Origin: the human T2T-CHM13v2.0 reference genome, Homo sapiens
Strand: one strand, 5' to 3'
Length of the DNA stretch: 64,000 nucleotides
Assembly (NCBI RefSeq): GCF_009914755.1
Contig: NC_060947.1
Each line of letters opens with the position of its first letter. The stretch's first letter is position 1. Position numbers and translations under genes: made by a program. Below are positions 50,738 through 64,000 of this stretch, in pieces. A model generated the notes under the pieces. That model saw only the letters and a program-made list of their open reading frames with translations. It searched no databases and had not been told where the DNA came from.

Positions 50738-51888
50738 GTGAGAAAGCACTGGGAAAATGCTGCTTTCATGTCTGGTTCACTGGTGTTCATTTTGTAAAAT
50801 AATGCTAGCATATAGAGAATGTTTACTCTTTCCATTACATGAGAATGTGGTGAATTAACAAACCTGAAAGAAGACCAGACTTAGGACAATTGCTGAGGTC
50901 TGTATCCATTCATCCCCAAGTTCCCCTGCCCTACAGCTATGCTAATACACACTCTGCTTCCCTTGGAGATTACATTCTCACTCTTTGTTGTCTTTGTAGA
51001 ATTGCTGATCACATGAATAAAATGTTTATGTTAATTCATGACAAAATAAAAGTGCTGAACAGAAACTCACTTAAACTCTTCTGGAACTTGGTTTTCTCTA
51101 TCATTAAACTGTGATTATAATCCTATTGTTTAGGGGGTTTGTGAGCATTAAATGAAATATATGTAAAAGAGCTTTAGAATGTGAAGTATTACCAGTAAAA
51201 AATTTATTGCAATCATATCCACACAAAAATGTATATGAAATATCTCCATGAGTATTATGCAAAACCATGTACAAGACAAAGTAAGTTAAGGCCATGAGAG
51301 CAAAAAAGGATTGCAAAGCATAACAAAAGCCAAAATTGAAAACAAAACAAGACTTTTGTTTCTTTAAAAATAATATCACCAGCCAAACTGCTTGACTTTC
51401 AAAGTTATGGCTTACAGCATGCTCAAACAATTTCTAAAATGTGAAAACATTTGCGGAACTTGTGGGAAAACATAATTTCCAAAAGCTTTACTCACAACAA
51501 ACCCAGTAAAAATAACAATGCCCACATCATCACAGACAAACACATCAGTGCACAGCAGTCCCTGATGCAGTCTGGCCCACCCAGAATGTAGACCTTAGAA
51601 CATTTGGTGACAACACCGATCAACAGCATTTCATGAACAAGCCTTTGTGAATTAGTTCAAGATTTCTCTAAACATGTTAAATCATCATATTTATAACATG
51701 GATTCTTGGTTTGGGTTCTCCTACAAGTGGAGTCTGAAACAAGGATTTGAGTGTAAGTAGTTTATTTGGAAGGTGAGACAGAGAAGGGAAAGAAACCAAC
51801 CGAGGTGTGTTATCACACAAGTTACTTCTGTGAGCAATTTGATCAATCCTACTAGGTAATACTGAGAGACAGTACAGAATATGCCTCA

Positions 51889-52102
<214 letters not shown>

Positions 52103-52179
52103 TCAGAGTTGTCCTCACAGGGGGACTAGGAAGCTGGGGCAGTTTTTTGCCAAATCCCCATCCAACCAGCTGCTTGTTT

Positions 52180-52494
52180 TCTTTTCTTTTCTTTCTTTGA
52201 CAGGGTCTTGCTCTGTCGCCCAGGCTGGAGTCTGGAGTGCAGTGCTGCAATCATGACTCACTGCAGCCTCGAATTCCTGGACTGAGGCGACCCTCCATTC
52301 TCAGCCTCCTGAGTAGCTGGGGCTACAGGCATGTACCACCACATCCAGATTATTATTATTGTTGTTGTTTTTATTGTAGATACAGGATCTAGCCATGTTG
52401 CCCACGCTGGTCTCGAGCTCCTGGGCCCAAGCAATTATCCTGCCTCAGCCTCCCAAAACACTGGAATTATAGGTGGCATGAGTCACCATGCTGG
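52180..52494 (-). mobile_element. AluJ
   Basis: gacagggtcttgctctgtcgcccaggctggag...ctgcagcctcgaattcctgg. Confidence 0.9.
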
Positions 52495-53006
52495 GAGAAT
52501 TGCTTTCATGGCCATTAACACCCAGGCAATTCCCACTGTTAGAAGAAATGCCCTCAGGTGGCAGAGTTTTAGGTGTTCCAAACACGCAGCCTTCCATGCA
52601 TAGAGTAAATGCTAAGGGGACATGAGAAAACACTGAGAGCATTACAAAATTAGATCCCAGGGAGGACCTGGAAAAAAAAAGTCTGTCAACTGCACACAAA
52701 ATAACTGCTGAATCTCCAACAAAAAATAGTGTGGCGTCAGCATACCCAGGTACATGCCATATAGCTGAAAGCTACAGTGGTCCCAAGTATGTTGGGAATA
52801 TTCACTTAAAAAATGTATTCATCACCAAATGAGTATATTGGAAGTTCTCAGCAGAATAAAAGAAATCACAATTATTTAATTCCTTATTTCAATAGAGATT
52901 CTAAAGATTCATTCTCTTCAATCCTGAAGCAATTCAGCAATGGTAAAATTGCTAAATAAATAAAAGTCAAGCAATGCAACTGGTAGTAATAGAAAACTGT
53001 AGTTCT

Positions 53007-53309
<303 letters not shown>

Positions 53310-53632
53310 TCAAAGTGTTACTGAGTCCATTTTATGCAGAATATGCTAGCAGGAACTTTGGAGATATTTTTAAAATGAAGTCATAAACTTACTCTTTCCT
53401 TACATACAGAAGGAGTAACAAAAACTGATTTATTACAAATGGAGGCTATGGCAAAAACATAATTGGTAAAATCTATGTCTAGGCCCAGCAGGACAGAAGG
53501 TACTTAGTGATGAAAAAGCTCAGAGCTAGGTGGGATTAATTAATGAATTGTTTTGTACAGGTGAGCTTTGAGCAGAGTTATACAGGAAAACAAGGAAGGA
53601 CTAGTAGAGCAGAAGAAAGAGGGGGTTCTACA

Positions 53633-53845
53633 CTAGTCGTTCTTAAGTGCAGACAATCGTGACTTCTAGGGGTCATGTGGCAGTGTCTGGAGACATTTTT
53701 GGTTGTAGCAACTTGGGGAGGGGTTTCTAGCATCTAGTGGGTAGAAGTCAGAGATGCCACTAAATATCCCACAATGCACAGGACAGCCCCCACCACAAAG
53801 AATTGTCTGGCCCCAAATGTCAATGGTGTCTCAGTTGAGAAGCCC
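53633..53845. mobile_element. MER20
   Basis: ggcagtgtctggagacatttttggttg...gcatctagtgggtaga. Confidence 0.85.
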
Positions 53846-55307
53846 TATTTTAAATAAGGGGAATGGTATGGATGCTAAAAGGTTAACATGGAAAGCAAAG
53901 GAGGCACACTAATCTGTAGAGGATGTCATGGGTGGCTAGTGCAGGTGCTGGGAGAAGGTATCAGTGCTAGTAGGATTTCAGGTTTTGTTAATAAGAAATT
54001 TCTCTCCTCTAGCTTATGTCTTAATAATGTGTAAAATCCATGTAAGGTGATAAAAAACCAAAGCTCTGACTCTACCACCAATGGGAACATTATTGGACCA
54101 CTGCGCATTTCCATCGCTGACTTCTACAGAAATTGGGATGGGTGGATGTCTGCACCATAGTGGCCTCTCCTAACCACACCCCCCATCCTAATTGAGGTCT
54201 CAGTAGCCCTGCACCCTCTGTAGCATATACTGTTTATAAACACTCTTGAAAATTCCTTCTGACACCTCTGTCCTTCACACTTCTTCGCTCAAATATTTCT
54301 GCTTAAACCACCCAAGGGGTCTCAGGCTTCATTCCACAGAGGACTCAACAGGCATTTCTGTTGCTGCCACAGAGTCTTCCCTCCATGGCATTTATTTTTG
54401 TCATATTTAAAATGTTGGCTGAGCAGAAGCCTAGGAATGTTGTGAAAATGCAAAAAGAGAAAGGCTCTGAGTAGAATGCAGAGCAAAAAGATCTAAAAAT
54501 AAATTTCATGTTTACAGCAATCTCAAGTCTGGAGTATAAGTGAAAAGAAATGTGTTAGAAACCTTAGAATAATGGGTCTTGGATCAAGAGGAAAAAGGAG
54601 AAGGGCAGGTTGAGAGGATGACTTTGAAAGTGACATTAATTCTCATGAGCTATGACATTAAATTTATATCTATTTAAGTCACTGACAGAATTAGAACCAA
54701 GTGTACAAACTCTAAATTACAGGAAGGGCAGAGAAAACATCAGATCAAAAAATTACTAAGTATTACATTTACTAATCTACAGCTGAGATTTCAGAAGCAA
54801 ATGCATGTTAAAAATGAGATCATGGCATGATACCTCTTCTGCTCATCTGAAGAATGAACATAATTTATTTTATATGTTATTGATATGAAAGTATAAATAT
54901 TTGATAATATGTTTAATAGGTATCAACCATCTAGGCTGAAGGTTGGAGATAACAATAATAATAATAATGTGATGATGATGATAATGATAGTAGTGGGGGT
55001 GGTTAGAAATTATTGAGTGCTTACAGTGTCCTAGGAACTATGGTAAGTGTTATAATTTCAATCTCTCAGCACAACCAGAAGATACCACTATTATTATCCC
55101 CCACTTATGGTACAGAAACTGAGGCATGGGGAATCAGGGCAAGTAAGTGGTGGCTCTTAGACTTGATCCAGATCTGTTTACATAGCCCACAATCATACTA
55201 TCTCTTTGGTGGTGGCATTTCAGAAAGATTCAGTATTACTTTGGTGCATAATTTTTAAACACTAAATCTACAATTTTAAATGTAATAATTATTTAAATTA
55301 TATGGCT

Positions 55308-55710
55308 TGCTAAGGTTTGAATATTTTTGTCCCCTCCAAAATTTATGATGAAAGTTAATCCCTATTGTGGTGGTATTGGGAGGTAGGGGCCTTTTGGAGA
55401 AATGGTTAAATCATGAGGGCTCAGCCCTAATAAGTGTATTTGTGCCTTGTAAAAGGGCCAGAGGTAACCAGCTTAGGCCCCCTTTTGCCCTTCTGTCCCT
55501 TCTGCCATGTGAGGACACAGCATCCTTCCTCTCTGGAGGATGCAGACAGCATCATTTTTATGTAGACAGCAGCCCTCACCAGAAAATGACACTGCTAGGG
55601 TCTTGATCTTGGACTTCCCAGCCTCTAGAACAGTGAGAAATAAAATTCTGTTCTCTATAAATTACTCAGTCTGTGGTATTTTGTAATGGCAGCACAAATG
55701 AACTAAGACA
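55308..55710 (+). mobile_element. MaLR LTR (MST/MLT1A-like)
   Basis: tgctaaggtttgaat...ttggacttcccagcctctagaac...gaactaagaca. Confidence 0.85.
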
Positions 55711-55909
55711 TTCCTCTAGGTTAAGAATTAGGGTTGGGCTTTCCTTCTAGAAAATTCTTTTGGGGTTAATGTCCACCACTGATTTTCATAGAGGGGTCAC
55801 CTGATAGGTAGAAAAGGCACAGACTCTGATGCCAGATAGGCTGGGGTTTAAATCCTTGCTTCACTCACTACTCTCTACTCATGTGAATTCAGGCAATTCA
55901 CTTAACTAT

Positions 55910-56575
55910 AGTAGGTAGAATTCTAAGGATAGCCTCCCAAGATTCCCATCCCATGGTTACTAAATTAAATACTAATCTAGGTACTGCTACGAAGGGATTT
56001 TGAAAATGTAACTAAGGTCCCAAATCACTTACCCTTACATGGGGAGATAATCTGGGTGGGCCTGCTCTAATCACATTAGTCCTTTAAAAGGAAGAAGTCA
56101 AAGGCTGGGCATGGTGGCTTTTCAGGTGTAAACTTGTAACCTCAGCATTTTGGGAGGCCAACACAGGACAGTTTGACCCCAGAGTTCAAGATCAGCCTGG
56201 GCAACTTAGGGAGACCTTGTATATTAAATAATAATAATAATAATAATAATAATAATTAGCTGAGTATAGTGCTGCATGCCTGTGGTCCCAGCTACTCTGG
56301 AAGCTTAGGTGAGCGGATCACTTGAGCCTTTGAGGTTGAGGCTGCAGTGAGCCGTGATTGCATCACTGTACTCCAGCCTGGGAGACAGAGACCCTGTCTC
56401 AAAAATAAAAAATTATAAAGGAAGAAGTCAAAGGGATTGGAAGCATAACAAGGATCTGACATACCATTGCTGGCTTTCAAGACTGAGGGACCATGAGACA
56501 AGAAATGCTCACAGCCTCTCAAAGCTGAGATAGACCTGCTGTCAACAGCCAGCAAGGAAACAGGCATTTTCCCAA
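55910..56575 (+). mobile_element. MLT1 LTR fragment containing an AluJ
   Basis: gtagaattctaaggat...gggagataatctgggtgggcc ... acagccagcaaggaaacagg. Confidence 0.75.
56103..56416 (+). mobile_element. AluJ
   Basis: TSD aaaggaagaagtcaa; (TAA)n linker. Confidence 0.88.
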
Positions 56576-56694
56576 AAAGCAATGTTAACACCTGTTGAAT
56601 AGGGCTCAAGTCCATTAAACTGATTGACCTATTAGATGCTAAACTATTTGTACTATCAGGATAATCAAATCATAATGGGTAATGAGGTTTCTTT

Positions 56695-59405
<2,711 letters not shown>

Positions 59406-59559
59406 TGAGGTTTCTTTGAAAAAATCAATCCCTCTCATCTGTACCATATGTTTTACTCTAAAAGTAACTCTCAGATCAATTTTGCAGTTTTCACCTGCAT
59501 AGCAACATTTTGAAGTAAGCACAAGAAGACAGAGATGGCTCACTGATGACTAAGGGATT

Positions 59560-60330
59560 GTGCTAAGCCAGAGTTCACACTTCCTCACCTCCCTTGTAGG
59601 TAGGATGGAGCCATGTGATCAAATAATGGTCAATGGAATGATAAGAGTTCTGGTCAAAGGCAGGAGTGATGTGTGTCACTTCCAGGTCAGGCTCATGGGA
59701 TCTGCCATTTTCTAGGCCATTCCATGGAGTACACAGATTGAACATGAGGATGCCACAAGACAGAAGAAGCCTGAGTCCTTGAATCCCCACATGGTAGCCT
59801 GCCCTCCAAATGCCTAATTCCAATGCAAACGAAAACTAAATTTGTGTTAAGTCGCAAAAATGTTCAGTTTGTTTTTTCCAGCAATTAGCTTCTTGATGCA
59901 GCAACAGGACTATTCTACTTGAGATATTTGAGCACCTTAAAGTGAGGTGCTGCCATAACCAAGACCTAATAATGAATTTAGAACTGGCTTAGTCCTTAGG
60001 TAACAGACAAAGAGGAACTAGATACCAGAGGTTAGAAAGACAGGTGACTCATATCATGTGGCAGCAAAAAAACTTGCTACATCTTTTACCTGTGATAACC
60101 TGGAAGGGCGACCACATGCCTTCAAAGCCAGCACCTTTAGAATTAAAATGTTAGCATATGTTGGCTACTCTTGCCTGTGTCTGACAAGGGATTAAAAGGA
60201 AAGAGGGTGGGGGAGAGATGGGAGAGAATTTGGCAACTTTGAAAGCAGAAATGAAAGCAACAAGGATTCCAGAATTTCAGCCTAAAGCGTTGAAAAAGCT
60301 TACTCTACTACATGCCCAACCATATAAAAC
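59560..60330 (+). mobile_element. MLT1J-like LTR followed by MaLR-internal-like sequence
   Basis: gagccatgtga...tggtcaatggaatg; gtgaggtgctgccataac. Confidence 0.6.
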
Positions 60331-61149
60331 AGAGAAAGAGCTTGGGACATTAGCATGTGCTGACCTCCACCCATGACTTGTTATTTAACAGCTGCAGTTC
60401 AGAACAGTTAAATTATTGCCTGAGAGCTCATGATTTTATGAAGTGACAGATCCAGGATTTGAACTCATATCTTGTGAATCTGACTTCAACTTTCTTTCCG
60501 TATATTTCACAGCTAAAATGCTGCAGTAAATTATCGTTTTTTTAATGTGCTGATGGTTCAGAAGCTAAACAACAGTGAATTTCCTTGGGAACAAAATAAA
60601 CTTTCCATGCTTTTTATGGGAATCTAGAAGGTGAAATCAGTGTTTCAGTTTCCCTAAAATGGGATCCCTACATTGTTTACAGTGAGAACTCCTTGTTCTT
60701 CTTCCTTTTCTTCTACTGACAAAATAAGATTGGCCTCTTTTAGGGTGATACTGTCACTTTATTAAAAATTAGATTTGAGAATGTGTTTTTTTGTTGGCAG
60801 TGACTATATTATTTTATACACCATTGTGTATGGCATATATTTATATACTTGATGCTTTGCTCAAGGTTCACATTAGATGCCTTATAAATACTTACAGTTA
60901 TCTGACTAGTGAAGAAAAAAGTGCTCAATAGTACAAGACACATGCTACAATTTTTGTGGCATTTTCTATTTCCACTGTTAGAATGTAAGCTCTATGCAGG
61001 GAAGGGCTGAGTTAATTGCATCTTTGTGACTTGCCTTACAGAAACATCAAGCATATAAAAGGGCACAATAACTAATTGTTATTGAACAACTGAAAAATGT
61101 TGATATTTTAACTAAGGTAAAAATAAGCATACAATATCAGATTAGGAAG

Positions 61150-62150
61150 TGTCTTAATTTGGGTTCTCCCAGAAGCAGATGCTGAAGCAACAATTCCTGA
61201 ACAAATGGTTTATTTAGGAGGGGTATTAATTTTGTGTCACTGCTGTAACAAATTACTACAAATTTAGTGGTTTAAATCAACAGATACATATTTTCTTTCA
61301 GTTCTGGAGGTCAGAAGTCCAAAATGGATCTCACTGGGCTCAAACCAAGAGGCAGAGTTGCATTCCTTCTGGAGACTCTAGAGGAGGAGCCCCCCATCCC
61401 CCTTTTTTTGTCATTGTCCAGCTTCTAGAAGCCACTTGCAATTCTGGGCTTGTGGCACCTTCCTCCTTCTTCAAAGCCAGCAGTGTATCATCTTCCAATT
61501 TCTCTCTAACTCTGTTGCTGTCATCACACCTCCTTCTCTGAATCTGACTCCCTTGCCTCCCTCCTTCACCTATGAGAGCCCTTGTGATTACAATGGGCAC
61601 ACCCAAATAACCCAGGCCAATCTCCCCATCTCAAGATCCTTAATTTAATCTGCATCTGCAAAGTCTCTTTGGCCATCTAAGAGAACAGATTCACAAGTCC
61701 CAGGATTAGCATGTGAACATCTCTCAGGGTATTATTCTGCTGACCACAGGAGGTAACACCAGGAAACAGTTGGTAGGGGAGTGAGAGGCAATGAGATAGG
61801 AAAGAGAAAGAAGTCAATAAAACATGAGTTCACAATACAGTTATCATCGAAGGAAACTGGGACTCAGCCCTGCAGGGAGACTCTGCGAGACAGAGTGGAT
61901 ATGCTTCAGAGTTACCCTGAAAGAGTTAACCTAGAATTACCCACCTACTCTTCATCCATCACCAGTTGAGGGCTGCTCCTAGGATCATTAACTCTCTGTC
62001 ACTTCTGAAACTTGCCCTGTCATGGCAGAGTATGTTCCCATGACCAGAAAGAAACTACTAGAAAGAGAGTTGCAGGTGTTTTTACCAGGTACTTGCCATC
62101 AGGTGTGTGTCTAGGAAATACATAGAGGGTACCAACAGCTTCTTGTAAAG
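61150..62150 (-). mobile_element. LTR33-like LTR with nested MLT1 LTR (~61222-61750)
   Basis: tgtcttaatttgggttctcccagaagcaga; MLT1 cagttctggaggtcagaagtccaaaat...tattctgctgaccaca. Confidence 0.8.
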
Positions 62151-62878
62151 GAAGAAACTTCTAGGGTCATCTAATCCAATGATATCTTTTTTCAGAAGAG
62201 CAACTAGAGGCCCAGAATGGTGGTGTTGGTTGGGGAGGGGGAATTACCCAAGGTCACATGACCAAAGAAGAGCACTGATGGTGGCTTCCATTCAGTGTCT
62301 CAGGCTACTATGTGTTAGGCACTGTACAAGTAGCTGGACACATGCTCCCAGTTCTTAAAACTCAACACAGTCAAAATGAAAGTCATCATCTTTCGGCCGA
62401 TACCTATATTGCCTCCTTTCTGGTCCCCAGCCTATGACTGTCTCAGGGGCCACATCATAGTCATCGTCTTGAGGGACCACTTCTATCCTCATACCTAGCA
62501 TACTCACCAGCATGCATGAGTGTACTACTTAAATTTTGAAGGAAAAAAAAGAAGGAAGAAAAGGAGAAAAGGAAGGAAAGGGGAAGAAAGGAAACAGAAG
62601 ATATTTTTATACTCTTTAAGCAGTGGCTTAAAATGGAGGTCTAGAGTGGAAAAGATGTAAAGGCAGCAGTGCTGCACCCAGAAGAGATGAGGTCCCAGGG
62701 CCCCTGCAGCCAGGAATGGGCATCCCCCACCCTCTATACTCTAAGTTCAGTGTGTTAACAATGTGAAGATTCCCCCATCTAAATAATGGGATATTATCTC
62801 ACCAATGAAGGGTTATCACTTCCACTCTGCACAGGGAGGATCTCTTTTGCTTTCATGATTTAAAAAAAAACCACTTTT

Positions 62879-63714
62879 TGGGCAAAGGATATGAACAGAC
62901 ACTTTTCAAAAGAAGACATTTATGCAGCCAATAGACACATGAAAAATGCTCATCATCACTGGTCATCAGATAAATGCAAATCAAAACCACAATGAGATAC
63001 CATCTCATACCAGTTAGAATGGCTATCATTAAAAAGTCAGGAAACAATAGGTGCTGGAGAGGATGTGGAGAAATAGGAACGCTTTTACACTGTTGAAGGG
63101 ACTGTAAACCAGTTCAACCATTGTGGAAGACAGTGTGGTGATTCCTCAAGGATCTAAAACTAGAAATACTATTTAACCCAGTGATCCCATTACTGGGTAT
63201 ATACCCAAAGGATTATGAATCATGCTACTATAAAGACATTTGCACACGTATGTTTATTGCAGCACTATTCACAATAGGAAAGACTTGGAACCAACCCAAA
63301 TGTCCATCAATGATAGACTGGATTAAGAAAATGTGGCACATATACACCATGGAATACTAGGCAGCTATAAAAAAGGACGAGTTCATGTCCTTTGTAGGGA
63401 CATGGATGAAGCTGGAAACCCTAATTCTGAGCAAACTGTCGCAAGGACAGTAAACCAAACAACGCATGTTTTCACTCATAGATGAGAATTGAACAAGGAG
63501 AATACTTAGACACAGGGTGGGGAACATCACACACCGGGGCCTGTCGTGGGGTGGGGGGATGGGGGGATGGGGGAGGGATAGCATTAGGAGAAATACCTAA
63601 CGTACATGACGAATTAATGGGTGCAGCAAACCAACATGGCACATGCATACATATGTAACAAACCTGTACATTGTGTACATGTACCCTAGAACTAAAAGTA
63701 TAATAATAATAATT
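62879..63714 (+). mobile_element. L1PA (PA5-PA7-like) 3' end, not inverted
   Basis: ORF2 C-terminus and 3' UTR; TSD aaaaaaccactttt / aaaaagccactttt. Confidence 0.93.
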
Positions 63715-64000
63715 TTAAAAAGCCACTTTTATTCAAGGGGACTTTCTTTAGAGAAACGTTTGGACGATCATGGGCCCAATGAGGAAAAGAAAACAATTTT
63801 AACGACAGATTATGAAACATCTCTACTTGCCTTCTGAGCTAAGAAGTAAAGAGAATATAACAAATCAGCCTCATAGTGTTATCTGCATGGTGATACTATA
63901 GTATTAGTGTAGTATAATGTTACAAATGATAACTTTATTATTTAAGTTAAATTTTAAAAATTATAGTCCCATTATTTCAGAGTAGATATTTTCTAACTTT

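Noticed and set aside
62540-62600. Purine-rich GA tract as H-DNA
   Set aside because: Imperfect low-complexity sequence without clear mirror symmetry; common in this genome.

Overview
Repeat-rich primate (human or great-ape) genomic DNA, intronic or intergenic. I recognise no protein-coding gene, RNA gene or CRISPR array. The recognisable protein ORFs are LINE-1 ORF2 fragments; many others are Alu/LTR/simple-repeat translations. The window holds 14 Alus, about 9 L1 pieces, MaLR/ERVL LTRs, many hAT MITEs (MER20, MER5, MER58, MER1A, MER53, MER33), and MIR/L2 relics. Non-routine observations: (1) a 3 x 81-bp tandem array at 17746-17970 whose invariant 20-bp core is a consensus CTCF motif while the flanks have diverged about 30%, with a fourth forward motif in a nearby MER20 and a convergent reverse motif at 43660; (2) five L1 insertions with 5'-inversion (twin-priming) structure; (3) two L1s 52 kb apart whose 3' UTRs look like different subfamilies yet share several non-consensus ORF2 variants (possible gene conversion); (4) a 133-bp local templated insertion inside an old L1; (5) candidate unannotated exons, including a minus-strand terminal exon with a well-formed poly(A) site. 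Repeat subfamily names come from recalled consensus sequences. Boundaries of old repeats are approximate.
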